Assembly (NCBI GenBank): GCA_012839355.1
Contig: DUNK01000037.1
Span: 372 to 64,371, forward strand
DNA length: 64,000 nucleotides
Source of the DNA: Acholeplasma sp.
GTDB lineage: Bacteria > Bacillota_I > Bacilli_A > Acholeplasmatales > UBA5453
Reading direction: 5' to 3'
The notes under the pieces were generated by a model. That model worked only from the letters and a program-made list of their open reading frames with translations, had not been told where the DNA came from and did not search any database. This document shows positions 20,961-30,141 of the stretch, one piece after another. Numbering within the stretch: position 1 is the stretch's first letter; every line of letters starts with the position of its first letter. Both the position numbers and the translations under genes were made by a program.

Positions 20961-22053
20961 TAAATCTAAACGACAATATATCTCCGTCTTTAACTAAATA
21001 CTCTTTTCCTTCTAAACGGACTTTGCCAGCCTCCTTAGCCTTTTGATAACTGCCAAGACTAACTAAATCATCATAACTAACAGTCTCAGCTCGAATAAAT
21101 CCTTTTTCAAAATCAGTGTGGATAACTCCCGCACACTCTTTCGCAGTCATTCCTTTTTTGTATGTCCAAGCTCTTGTCTCTCCACTTAAAAAGGAAAAGA
21201 AAGTTTCCAAACCTAACAGTTCATAAGCACCTGTAATAACGTTATTAAGCCTAAAATCAGTTAACCCTAACTCTTCTAAATATTCTTTTTCTTCCTCTTC
21301 ACTAAATTCTTTCAAATCATCTGCTAACTTAATTGAGAGTGGTACAACCTTAATATTGTTCTTTTTGGCATACGCCAGCAAACTTTGATAATAGGTATTA
21401 TTTTCAATATCTAACAAGTCATCATCTTTTAAATTTGCGATATACATTAAAGGTTTTTCTGTTAAGAAATTATAACTTTTAATTGCTTTTTTTTCTTCAA
21501 CCGTTAAGTTTAACTTATTAATTGGTATTTCTTTTTCTAAGTTTTCTTTAATTAAAACTAATGTTTCATACTCTAACTTTTCAGATGCAATCTTATCAAC
21601 TAAAACCTTTTTATGAAGTCGATCAATTCTTTTATTAATTACATCTAAATCCGCTAAAATTAATTCTAGTTCAACTGTTAAGGCATCATTAACTGGATCA
21701 ACTTCTGCAAATACATGAGAAATATTAGGATCATTAAAGCATCTTATTACATGGCATAATGCATCAACATTTCTAATGCTATCTAAAAATTTATTTCCTA
21801 ACCCTTCACCTTTACTTGCCCCACTAACAAGTCCAGGTATATCAACAAATTCTAAACTTGTTGGGATTATCTTTTTAGCGTTTGTGATTCTGCCTATCTC
21901 ATTTAAACGCTTATCAATAATTGTTACAACACCGACATTTGGTTCTAATGTCGCAAACATATAATTAGCACTTAAAACATGAGAGTTTGTAAGTGCATTA
22001 AATAGTGTTGATTTTCCAACATTAGGTAACCCTATTATTCCGGCTTGTAACAT
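20953..22053 (-). CDS. ychF: Redox-regulated ATPase YchF (Obg-like)
   Basis: GLPNVGKSTLFNALT P-loop, DIPGLV, C-terminal TGS-like domain (RAWTYKKGMTAKECAGVIHTDFEKGFIRAE). Confidence 0.92.
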   Translation of the reverse strand: MLQAGIIGLPNVGKSTLFNALTNSHVLSANYMFATLEPNVGVVTIIDKRLNEIGRITNAKKIIPTSLEFVDIPGLVSGASKGEGLGNKFLDSIRNVDALCHVIRCFNDPNISHVFAEVDPVNDALTVELELILADLDVINKRIDRLHKKVLVDKIASEKLEYETLVLIKENLEKEIPINKLNLTVEEKKAIKSYNFLTEKPLMYIANLKDDDLLDIENNTYYQSLLAYAKKNNIKVVPLSIKLADDLKEFSEEEEKEYLEELGLTDFRLNNVITGAYELLGLETFFSFLSGETRAWTYKKGMTAKECAGVIHTDFEKGFIRAETVSYDDLVSLGSYQKAKEAGKVRLEGKEYLVKDGDILSFRFNV

Positions 22054-22068
22054 CTTATCATCCTATCT

Positions 22069-22091
22069 TTAAAAAAAGGCTAAATTTAGCC
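22069..22091 (-). terminator. Possible rho-independent terminator after ftsZ
   Basis: Minus strand GGCTA-AATT-TAGCC hairpin followed by T7. Short AT-rich stem. Confidence 0.45.
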
Positions 22092-22097
22092 ATTTTT

Positions 22098-23219
22098 TTA
22101 TTTTTTACCAAGCCATGAAGGTAGTTTTCTTTGTGGTCTTTCAGGTTCTGCTTTTGGCTCTTCCTGTTTTTTCACTTCAAAACCTTCATTAGTAATTGAA
22201 ACTTGTTCACTGCTTGTTTTTCTAAATAGTTGTTCAGAGAAGTCTTCAATTGTATCTTTAGCTTTTAAGTCATAACCTGTCGCGATTACTGTCACTAACA
22301 TTTCATCGCCAACATCTAAGTTAATTGTTGTACCATAAATAACGTTTATATCATGACCGCTAGCGTTTCTAATTTCTTCTAAGGCGTGTTCTACTTCAAA
22401 AACTCCTAACTCCTTTGAAGCTGTAATATTAACGATTGCGTCTGTTGCGCCATCAATCGTAACTTCTAAAAGTTTAGAGTGAATTGCTTTTCTTGCTGCT
22501 TCAACAGCTCTATTTTCACCAGAGGCAATTCCGATACCCATTAGTGCAGTACCTTTATTTGCCATAACTGTTTTAACATCCGCAAAGTCAACATTAATTA
22601 AACCTGGGACAGAAATGATTTCTGAAATACCTTGAACACCTTGTCTTAATACGTTATCTGCTTCTCTAAACGCATCTAACATTGATGTAGTAGGATCTGC
22701 AACTGATAATAATCTTTCATTAGGAATAACGATTAGAGTATCAACTTGTTCTTTTAACGCTGTTAATCCTTCAATTGCTACTTGTGTTCTTTTTGGTCCT
22801 TCAAAAATAAATGGTTTAGTAACTATACCAATAGTTAAAATTCCCATTTCTTTCGCAAACTTAGCAATTATTGGCGCTGCGCCAGTTCCAGTACCTCCAC
22901 CCATACCAGCAGTGATAAAGACCATGTCAGCATCTGCTAAAATTGCTCTTATATCATCTTCAGACTCAAGTGCAGCTTCACGACCAATGTTTGGTTTAGC
23001 ACCCGCTCCTAGTCCTCTCGTTAATTTTTTACCAATTTGTAAACGTGTTTCAGCTTTAGAAATTCTTAAAACTTGTGCATCTGTATTTATCGCAACGAAT
23101 TCAACGCCCTTAACATCATTTTCAATCATTCTGTTAATCGCATTTCCACCGCCGCCACCCACACCGAGAACTTTTAAAACTGGCTTTTCATTAAATTGGT
23201 CATGTTCTCCAAACACCAT
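22098..23219 (-). CDS. ftsZ: Cell division GTPase FtsZ
   Basis: Tubulin signature [25 protein letters not shown]. 373 aa. GAGGAGG SD. Confidence 0.97.
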   Translation of the reverse strand: MVFGEHDQFNEKPVLKVLGVGGGGGNAINRMIENDVKGVEFVAINTDAQVLRISKAETRLQIGKKLTRGLGAGAKPNIGREAALESEDDIRAILADADMVFITAGMGGGTGTGAAPIIAKFAKEMGILTIGIVTKPFIFEGPKRTQVAIEGLTALKEQVDTLIVIPNERLLSVADPTTSMLDAFREADNVLRQGVQGISEIISVPGLINVDFADVKTVMANKGTALMGIGIASGENRAVEAARKAIHSKLLEVTIDGATDAIVNITASKELGVFEVEHALEEIRNASGHDINVIYGTTINLDVGDEMLVTVIATGYDLKAKDTIEDFSEQLFRKTSSEQVSITNEGFEVKKQEEPKAEPERPQRKLPSWLGKK

Positions 23220-23307
23220 TTTTATTCCTCCTCAAACACAAAAAAACAAAGTGCTATATTAAGTATACATTAAAACCCACGGAAAATAAAGGAGTTAATT
23301 TATAAAA

Positions 23308-24417
23308 TTAAACTTCAAAATTATAAACTTTTTTTAATTCTTCTTTAAAATCTAAAAGTCTATCGTTTTTAATTGCTTCTCTTATCTGTCTCATTAACTC
23401 TTTTAAATATAGTAAATTTTGATAAGTTAAAATTCTTAATCCTAGTATTTCATTTTCTCTAATTAAATGTCTTACATAACTTCTACTATATTTACTAATC
23501 TTAGAAGGCAAGTTTGGATCTAATGGCTTTAAATCATTTTCAAACTCTTTATTTTTGATTATCAATCTACCTTCAGTGGTGAATATTTGCCCGTGTCGTG
23601 CGTTTCTTGTTGGTAAGACACAGTCAAACATATCAACTCCACCAATCACACCATTAATTAAATCTTCAGGTGTACCAACACCCATTAAATAACGTGGTTT
23701 ATCTTTTGGTAAAATGTTATTTAAATGTTTAATAACATCATCCATTTCCTTTTTAGTTTCACCTAATGATAATCCACCAATCGCATAACCAGGAAAGTCA
23801 ATCTCAATTGTTTTTTTAGCACTATATTCTCTTAAATCTAAATATGTTCCGCCTTGAACTATCCCAAACAGTGCTTGATCAGTATTATGAACATCTTTAC
23901 CTCTTTTTGCCCATCTTAATGTTCTATCAATTGATTCAATCATATATTCTCTTTTTGAATCAACTGGTGGACACTCATCAAAACTCATAATAATATCGGC
24001 ACCGATTTGGTGTTGAATTTTGATTGATTCTTCTGGTGTTAAAAACAATTTATCTCCATTTCTAGGATTAGTAAAATGAACACCCTCTTCAGTGATTTTT
24101 CTATGTGTACTTAAACTAAAAACTTGAAATCCACCGCTATCAGTTAATAGTGCTTTATCCCATTGCATAAAACTTTTAGCACCATTATGAAGATTTATTA
24201 CATCCATTCCTGGCGTTAACCATAGATGATACGTATTAGCTAATATTAAACCTTCTGAAACTTCTTCTATTTCGCTAGGCGAAAGAGTCTTAACTGTCGC
24301 TTTCGTTCCAACCGGCATAAAAATTGGTGTTTCAATTTCCAAATCACCAACAGTTAAAATGCCATATCTAGCTCCTGATTGTTTGCATATATGTTTTAAT
24401 TCATATTTAACTCGCAT
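23308..24417 (-). CDS. tgt: tRNA-guanine transglycosylase (queuine tRNA-ribosyltransferase)
   Basis: PIFMPVGT, LTDSGGFQV, GYAIGGLS. 369 aa. The C-terminal zinc-site motif CxCxxC is not obvious. Confidence 0.9.
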   Translation of the reverse strand: MRVKYELKHICKQSGARYGILTVGDLEIETPIFMPVGTKATVKTLSPSEIEEVSEGLILANTYHLWLTPGMDVINLHNGAKSFMQWDKALLTDSGGFQVFSLSTHRKITEEGVHFTNPRNGDKLFLTPEESIKIQHQIGADIIMSFDECPPVDSKREYMIESIDRTLRWAKRGKDVHNTDQALFGIVQGGTYLDLREYSAKKTIEIDFPGYAIGGLSLGETKKEMDDVIKHLNNILPKDKPRYLMGVGTPEDLINGVIGGVDMFDCVLPTRNARHGQIFTTEGRLIIKNKEFENDLKPLDPNLPSKISKYSRSYVRHLIRENEILGLRILTYQNLLYLKELMRQIREAIKNDRLLDFKEELKKVYNFEV

Positions 24418-24498
24418 ATATACTCCTTAGTTTACTTGTTATTTATAAAATATAATGTTAATATTAAAAAGACTTAAATGTTAAATAGAGGTGTTACT

Positions 24499-24981
24499 TT
24501 GCAAAATTTTACAATTAAAGATTTATTACGGCAAGCAATCATTGCATCACTATATGTTGTCTTAGTACTAATATTTCATTTTGTTAGTTTTGATGCAATT
24601 CAATTTCGCGTCGCAGAGTTACTTTTAATCTTAGTTTTTTTTGACAAAAAGAGTGTTGTCGGTCTAACTATTGGTGTAGTTATATCAAACCTTTTTTCAC
24701 CAATAATGTTATACGATATCGCCTTTGGAACACTCGCTACAACCATCACACTTCTTTTAATGTTGTTGCTAAGAAAATGGCCTTATATAGCCTTGTTAAT
24801 TCCTAGTATCATTAATGGCCCAGTGATTGGTTTAATGCTTTATATTGCAACAGGTGCTCCATTTTTATTAACTACCTTACAAGTTTTTATTGGGGAATTT
24901 GTTGTAACATATATCTTTGGACTCCCAATCTACTATTTATTAAAACGATTAAACTTTGAAAACATCTATTTTGGAGAGTAG
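24499..24981 (+). CDS. queT: Queuosine-precursor transporter QueT (ECF S-component)
   Basis: About 160-aa polytopic protein with the QueT-like N-terminus IKDLLRQAIIASLYVVL...FDAIQFRVAE. Divergent from tgt. AGAGGTG SD (24487-24493) precedes the TTG at 24499; the track ATG at 24478 has no SD. Confidence 0.75.
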   Translation: MQNFTIKDLLRQAIIASLYVVLVLIFHFVSFDAIQFRVAELLLILVFFDKKSVVGLTIGVVISNLFSPIMLYDIAFGTLATTITLLLMLLLRKWPYIALLIPSIINGPVIGLMLYIATGAPFLLTTLQVFIGEFVVTYIFGLPIYYLLKRLNFENIYFGE

Positions 24982-24999
24982 GCACTGCCTACTTTTTTA
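24976..24999 (+). terminator. Rho-independent terminator after queT
   Basis: GTAGGC-ACT-GCCTAC hairpin (24978-24992) followed by T6. Confidence 0.7.
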
Positions 25000-25000
25000 T

Positions 25001-25029
25001 TTAAAAAACCACTTTTTAAAAGCGGTTTT
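25001..25029 (-). terminator. Rho-independent terminator after pyk
   Basis: Minus strand AACCGCUU...AAGUGGUU hairpin followed by U6. Confidence 0.55.
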
Positions 25030-25036
25030 TAAAATT

Positions 25037-26455
25037 TTAATTAACGTCAATAATTCTTATTGTGTTAGTTGAACCGTGTTGTTGTGCGTAACCACTTGTA
25101 ATAATTATTTTATCTCCGTTTTTAAGTCCTAATTCTTTTGCGACTTCTATACCGACTCTGTCATAACTTAAAAAGTCTGTATAGTCCTTACGATAAACAG
25201 GATGTACACCCCAATAACAAGATAGTTTCGTACATGTTTTTCTATTGTTTGTTACAGCGATAATTGGTACACAAGGTCTAAATTTGCATAATCTTTTTGG
25301 TGTTCCACCTGTCTCAGTAAATGCGACAACCGCTTTTACATCAGATAAAGTTGAAGCGATTTGGCTAACTGTTAAGCCGATTGCATCGTTAACTGTTGAT
25401 TGTTTATTATGGAAATATTTATCTAAAATTCCTTCATAATCAAATGCTGGTTCAATAACTTTTGCAATTGAAACCATTGTTTCTACTGACTCAACCGGAT
25501 ATTCACCAGCTGCAGTCTCACCAGATAACATTATCGCATCAGATCCATCTAAAATCGCATTCGCAACATCGCTTGTTTCAGCTCTTGTCGGGCGCGGATA
25601 ACTCATCATTGATTCTAACATGTGTGTTGCAGTAATGATTGGTCTACCTGCCTGAATTGCTTTAGAAATCATTATCTTTTGGTATAAAGGAACAAGCTCA
25701 TTAGTAACCTCAACCCCTAAATCTCCTCTTGCAACCATTATGCCATCACTGACTTCAATAATTGCGTCAATATCATCCATCGCTGCTTGCGATTCAATTT
25801 TCGCAATAATTTCAATGTGTTTAGCATTTAAAAAAGATAAAATACTTCTTACTGATAAAACATCACCAGGCGTTCTTACAAATGATAAGGCAATATAATC
25901 AACATCCATATCTACCGCAAACTTAATATCTTCGCTATCTTTTGCAGAAATAAAAGGCATAGTAATATGTGTCCCAGGAACATTTACACCTTTTTTATCT
26001 TTAATCGTGCCCGAGTTCATTACCTCTACATATAAATGATCATCTCTTTTTTCAATAACTGTTAATCTTACTCTACCATCATCTATTAAAAGACAATCAC
26101 CTATTTTAATATCATCATATAATTCATTAACAGGAATATGAAAACCTTCTTCATTTCCTAATACTGGCTTTTTAAATATTTTAATGAAACTTCCTCTTTT
26201 ATAAGTAACTTTACCATTTTCAAAATCACCAACGCGAATCTCAGGTCCTTTAGTATCAGCTAAAATACCGACAAACTTATCTAATTTTTTCGCTACTTCT
26301 CTTATCATTTCAATTGTTTTTCTATGGTCTTCAAGTTTGCCATGTGAAAAATTAATTCTCGCTACATTCATCCCTGCTTCAATTAACTTTTCAATCATCT
26401 CTGGTGAGTTTGATGCAGGTCCAATTGTCGCAACTATCTTTGTTTGTTTATTCAT
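25037..26455 (-). CDS. pyk: Pyruvate kinase
   Basis: TKIVATIGPAS, NFSHG, MVARGDLGVE. 472 aa. Confidence 0.95.
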   Translation of the reverse strand: MNKQTKIVATIGPASNSPEMIEKLIEAGMNVARINFSHGKLEDHRKTIEMIREVAKKLDKFVGILADTKGPEIRVGDFENGKVTYKRGSFIKIFKKPVLGNEEGFHIPVNELYDDIKIGDCLLIDDGRVRLTVIEKRDDHLYVEVMNSGTIKDKKGVNVPGTHITMPFISAKDSEDIKFAVDMDVDYIALSFVRTPGDVLSVRSILSFLNAKHIEIIAKIESQAAMDDIDAIIEVSDGIMVARGDLGVEVTNELVPLYQKIMISKAIQAGRPIITATHMLESMMSYPRPTRAETSDVANAILDGSDAIMLSGETAAGEYPVESVETMVSIAKVIEPAFDYEGILDKYFHNKQSTVNDAIGLTVSQIASTLSDVKAVVAFTETGGTPKRLCKFRPCVPIIAVTNNRKTCTKLSCYWGVHPVYRKDYTDFLSYDRVGIEVAKELGLKNGDKIIITSGYAQQHGSTNTIRIIDVN

Positions 26456-26559
26456 TTATCTAACACCTTTCCTTCGGCTTTAATTTAAAAACTACCACTT
26501 AAAATTATATCATATTTACATACCAAAATAAACAAATATGTTAGATATCGGTATATGAA

Positions 26560-26583
26560 AGAAAAAAGGCTCAAACGAGCCCT
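26560..26583 (-). terminator. Rho-independent terminator after hsp20
   Basis: Minus strand GGGCTC-GTTT-GAGCC hairpin followed by T6. Confidence 0.7.
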
Positions 26584-26603
26584 CTTTCTTTTCTTTTCGT
26601 TAT

Positions 26604-27008
26604 TTATTTAATTTCAATTAACTTTTCTGTTTCAATTGTTTTTTCCTTTTTAGGAACTTCAACTACTAAAACACCTTTATCAAGTTTCGCTTTAATATCT
26701 GACTCATCAAGATTATCACCAACATAAAACTTTCTAACTGCACTTGAGTGTACTCTTTCTCTTCTTACATAGTGACCAGTTTCTACGTTTTCTTCTTTAT
26801 CTTTAGAAGCAGAAATTGTTAAATATCCTTTTTCTAAAGCTACCTTAATCTCATCTTTTTCAAATCCTGGTACATCTACGATTAACTCATAGTGATCTTC
26901 AGTGTCTTTAATGTCAGTACTTAAAAGCGAACTATTTCTTGTAGTGTTTGTTTCAAAAAAGTTATCAAAGAAATCATCAAAATAACTTCTTCTTGCTAAT
27001 TTAAACAT
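26604..27008 (-). CDS. Small heat-shock protein (Hsp20 / alpha-crystallin family, IbpA-like)
   Basis: 134 aa. Alpha-crystallin domain pattern DIKDTEDHYELIVDVPGFEKDEIKV...GVLVVEVPK. Confidence 0.9.
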   Translation of the reverse strand: MFKLARRSYFDDFFDNFFETNTTRNSSLLSTDIKDTEDHYELIVDVPGFEKDEIKVALEKGYLTISASKDKEENVETGHYVRRERVHSSAVRKFYVGDNLDESDIKAKLDKGVLVVEVPKKEKTIETEKLIEIK

Positions 27009-27042
27009 AAAACTACCCCCTTCTTTCTTTTCTTTTATCTAT

Positions 27043-27071
27043 ATTATAACACCATCTTTTAGCACTGTCAA
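27043..27071 (-). promoter_or_regulatory. Sigma-A promoter of hsp20
   Basis: Minus strand TTGACA (27071..27066), N17, TATAAT (27048..27043). Confidence 0.7.
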
Positions 27072-27085
27072 GTATAGAGTGCCAA
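27059..27085. promoter_or_regulatory. CIRCE operator (HrcA binding site)
   Basis: TTAGCACTG-N9-GAGTGCCAA versus the consensus TTAGCACTC-N9-GAGTGCTAA. Overlaps the -35 of the hsp20 promoter. Confidence 0.8.
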
Positions 27086-27145
27086 TTTTTATTTTTGCCA
27101 GTTTAAGCCGTTAATTGTTGGGATATTTCACATTTTGCGAATGAC

Positions 27146-27174
27146 TTGCAAATTATTTTAACTTAGATTATACT
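27146..27174 (+). promoter_or_regulatory. Sigma-A promoter of the zinc-uptake operon
   Basis: TTGCAA (27146-27151), N17, TATACT (27169-27174). An inverted repeat TTATC-AG-GATAA (27186-27197) lies just downstream and is a candidate Zur operator. Confidence 0.5.
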
Positions 27175-27212
27175 TAATAGTAGGATTATCAGGATAACTT
27201 AGGGGGTATTTT

Positions 27213-28100
27213 ATGAAAAAGAATCTCTATACTATATTATTTATTATACTTATAAGTCTAACTTTAACTTCATGCAAGAAAAAAGATGCCGATTTAGTCG
27301 CTTCATTTTATCCGCATTATGATATTTTAAAAAACATTTCTAAAGATAAACTTAAAGTTGATTTAGTTGTTCCGTTTGGTTGTGAGGTTCATGACTTTAC
27401 ACCAACCCCAAAAGATATTGAGATGATAAACAAATCAAAACTTTTTGTTTACGCAAGCGATAAAATTGATGTTTGGGTTAAAGATCTCATCAATACTAAT
27501 ATTAACTACGTTAACCTATCTAACGAAGTCACAATTGAATTTAGTGATGATATCGGCGCTTCTATTCATTTTTGGACCGATACTCTTGTTTTTGTAGATA
27601 TGATTGATATTTTAAAAGATGAAATTATTAAAATTGATCCAGAAAACGCAGATTTTTACACAGAAAATGCAAATAACTATAAAACTGAAATATTAGCACT
27701 TCATGACGAATTAGTATCTTTTTTAAATGAAACCACTCATGAAAAAGTTATATATTTTGCTGGCCATGATGCTTTAGGCGGGTTTAGTCATCGGTATAAT
27801 ATTGAGATTAACTCTTTAATTGAACATTTCAGCCCTGAAGCCGAACAGACAATTAGACAAATTGAAAACATTATTTCAGCTTTAAGAGAAACAAACACAG
27901 AATATTTATTCATTGAAGAATTAACAACCCCAAGAGTTGCTGAAACAATAAGACGAGAGTTACAAAAAGATAATTTAGATGTAACTTTACTAGAATTACA
28001 CGGCTATCATAACATTTCATTAAATGAAGGAAAAAGAGGTGTAACTTATGCAGACTTACTCAGACAAAACATCAAACACATCAAACAAGCTTTTAATTGA
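27213..28100 (+). CDS. znuA: Zinc ABC transporter substrate-binding lipoprotein (ZnuA/AdcA, cluster A-I)
   Basis: Lipobox LTLTSC, TroA-like fold length (295 aa), and operon context with ABC-3 permease and Zur. The metal assignment is inferred from the Zur linkage. Confidence 0.8.
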   Translation: MKKNLYTILFIILISLTLTSCKKKDADLVASFYPHYDILKNISKDKLKVDLVVPFGCEVHDFTPTPKDIEMINKSKLFVYASDKIDVWVKDLINTNINYVNLSNEVTIEFSDDIGASIHFWTDTLVFVDMIDILKDEIIKIDPENADFYTENANNYKTEILALHDELVSFLNETTHEKVIYFAGHDALGGFSHRYNIEINSLIEHFSPEAEQTIRQIENIISALRETNTEYLFIEELTTPRVAETIRRELQKDNLDVTLLELHGYHNISLNEGKRGVTYADLLRQNIKHIKQAFN

Positions 28101-28752
28101 GTTTAATGATACTTCTGTTTCTTTTGGGAATCTTGAAGCCTTAAAAGACATTACTTTAAAAATCAATAGTAAAGACTTTTTATATATCATCGGCCCTAAT
28201 GGTTCAGGTAAAACAACGTTAGTTAGATTATTAGCAGGTCTAATTAAGCCTACCAAAGGTAATGTAAAAAGATACGATAAAAGTTGTGGCTATTTACCAC
28301 AAATGATTAAACTTCCAACAAACTTCCCAATAACTGTTAAAGAAGTTATTTATTCTGGTTTTGAAAAACAAGCTCTTTTTATTAAAAACAAGGATGAAGA
28401 GAAAATAAATTACTGGTTAGAAAAAATGGACATACTAGAATTAAAAAATTCTTTAATGTTCAATTTATCTGGCGGACAACAACAAAGAGTCCTTTTAGTT
28501 CGCGCTTTAATTAATAATCCTGAACTATTAATCTTAGATGAACCGACTAGTGCTCTTGATCCTGACTTTAGAGATTATTTTTATAAATTGATTAAAGAAG
28601 TTCATAATAGTGGTACAACAATCCTTTTTGTTACTCACGACTTACATAAACCGATTTTTGATTCAGTTAAAGTTTTAGAAGTTGACCAAACAGTTAAGTT
28701 TTATGGAACTTATGAAGACTACACTAAGAAAGGCGGTGGTAAACATGTTTAG
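28048..28752 (+). CDS. znuC: Zinc ABC transporter ATP-binding protein
   Basis: Walker A GPNGSGKTT, signature LSGGQQQR, Walker B LILDEPTSALD. AAAGAGGTG SD supports the ATG at 28048, which gives a 53-nt overlap with znuA. Confidence 0.88.
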   Translation: MQTYSDKTSNTSNKLLIEFNDTSVSFGNLEALKDITLKINSKDFLYIIGPNGSGKTTLVRLLAGLIKPTKGNVKRYDKSCGYLPQMIKLPTNFPITVKEVIYSGFEKQALFIKNKDEEKINYWLEKMDILELKNSLMFNLSGGQQQRVLLVRALINNPELLILDEPTSALDPDFRDYFYKLIKEVHNSGTTILFVTHDLHKPIFDSVKVLEVDQTVKFYGTYEDYTKKGGGKHV

Positions 28753-29554
28753 TTTTTTAACTAGCACTTTTATGATTTACGCCTTAATAATTAGTCTTTG
28801 TTTAGGTCTTGCTGCCGCTTTAATTAGCCCTTACTTAGTTTTAAACAACCAATCGATGATTGCTGATGGATTAAGTCATGTTGCTTTTACTGGTATCGCC
28901 TTTGGCCTATTATTAGTTGACCAACCACTTTATGTTGCTTTACCAATTGTTATTTTAGCTGCAATTTTAATAACTTATTTAGGTAACTTAAAAATGATTA
29001 ATCATGATTCAGCAATCGGTGTCGTCTCAGCCTTTAGTATGGCGGTAGGACTAATAGCGATAAGCGTTTCTTCTGGCTTTAATCGTTCAATCGAATCATT
29101 ATTAGTTGGTAGCATTTTAACCGTTTCACCAACTGAAGTTATATTTGCAGCGGTTTTACTTATCTTGATTATCACTTTTGTTTTAGTTTTTTACAGACCA
29201 CTTTTATCAATGACTTATGATGAAAACTTCGCAAAAGTAAGCGGCGTTAAAAATAATTTGTTAAAGTATTTTCTTTCTGTTATCACTGCTTCTTTTATTA
29301 CAATCGGCATAAGCACCGCAGGAATGTTATTAATATCAGCATTTATTATCTTTCCTGCTTTAATCGCTAGCCAACTTGCAAAAAACTTCCGCCAAACTAT
29401 CACTTTCGGATTAATTGCATCAGTACTAAGCGTCTTTGCTGGCATTACTTTTGCATATCATTTAGATATTCCTGTCGGTTCTGCGATAATTGTTTTATAT
29501 ACAATTTTATTAGTTTTTTCACTACTATATAGAAAGTTTAGGAGAGTGATTTAA
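28745..29554 (+). CDS. znuB: Zinc ABC transporter permease (ABC-3 family)
   Basis: Polytopic ABC-3 permease. The ATG at 28745 overlaps the znuC stop (ATGTTTAG). The track start at 28682 is in-frame upstream but inside znuC. Confidence 0.85.
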   Translation: MFSFLTSTFMIYALIISLCLGLAAALISPYLVLNNQSMIADGLSHVAFTGIAFGLLLVDQPLYVALPIVILAAILITYLGNLKMINHDSAIGVVSAFSMAVGLIAISVSSGFNRSIESLLVGSILTVSPTEVIFAAVLLILIITFVLVFYRPLLSMTYDENFAKVSGVKNNLLKYFLSVITASFITIGISTAGMLLISAFIIFPALIASQLAKNFRQTITFGLIASVLSVFAGITFAYHLDIPVGSAIIVLYTILLVFSLLYRKFRRVI

Positions 29555-29950
29555 ATGCGTATGACAAAGAATAGAAAAATTATTTTAGAAATGATTAAAG
29601 AGTCCAATAAGTCTTTAAGCGCTGAACTTCTCATTAATAAACTATCACCAAAAGTTATGGATCCTTCAACAGTTTATAGAAGCCTAGACACACTCTTTAA
29701 CAACAACTATTTAATGAAAAGCACATTAAACCAAACAGCTTACTATCACATAAACAAGCCTGATCATAAGCATTATATGCAGTGCTTAAAGTGTGAAAAA
29801 CTAATTGAAGTTGATTGTCACTTGCATAAATTAGAAGATTTAGTTCATGATAATAAAGATTTAACAATTATTAGCCACAACTTAACTTTCTTTGGTTATT
29901 GTAAGGAATGTGGTAAGAAAGAAAAAAGATTATTAAGCCACAAAGTTTAA
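29555..29950 (+). CDS. zur: Fur-family zinc uptake regulator (Zur)
   Basis: 131 aa. wHTH N-terminus, HKHY, CLKC...CKEC cysteine pairs. Last gene of the Zn operon. Confidence 0.8.
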   Translation: MRMTKNRKIILEMIKESNKSLSAELLINKLSPKVMDPSTVYRSLDTLFNNNYLMKSTLNQTAYYHINKPDHKHYMQCLKCEKLIEVDCHLHKLEDLVHDNKDLTIISHNLTFFGYCKECGKKEKRLLSHKV

Positions 29951-29963
29951 TAATCTTTTTTTA
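29926..29963. terminator. Bidirectional rho-independent terminator (znu-zur operon and the convergent 42-aa gene)
   Basis: Perfect 11-bp stem AAGATTATTAA-N10-TTAATAATCTT, with T6 downstream on plus and an A run upstream (a U run on minus). Confidence 0.75.
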
Positions 29964-29983
29964 TATTTATTTTAAATCAATTA

Positions 29984-30112
29984 CTATTTTCCAAACCATT
30001 TTTCACCGACATCTATTTCTACTTCTGCAGAACCTTGCGGAACTGAAGCACTTAAAACGTCGTATTCAAATATCATAACTTCAATAATCGGTTTTTCATA
30101 AGTTTTTTTCAT
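29984..30112 (-). CDS. Small protein, 42 aa (MKKTYEKPIIEVMIFEYDVLSASVPQGSAEVEIDVGEKWFGK)
   Basis: Not in the ORF track because it is under 60 aa. AGAGGTG SD 5 nt before the ATG (30112), TAG stop at 29984-29986, its own promoter, and the shared terminator. Confidence 0.6.
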   Translation of the reverse strand: MKKTYEKPIIEVMIFEYDVLSASVPQGSAEVEIDVGEKWFGK

Positions 30113-30141
30113 GTAAACACCTCTTTTTTTCTTATGTATCC

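Noticed and set aside
24418-24498. Possible preQ1 riboswitch upstream of queT.
   Set aside because: I could not find the conserved C-rich loop or ACCC core, or the A-rich tail ending in CUA-GG, of preQ1-I, nor a preQ1-II-like fold. The leader is almost pure A/T.
28048-28100. The 53-nt overlap between znuA and znuC, as a possible frameshift or pseudogene signal.
   Set aside because: Both reading frames are intact, and the znuC ATG has a strong AAAGAGGTG SD inside the znuA 3' end. A long overlap is unusual but fully consistent with translational coupling.
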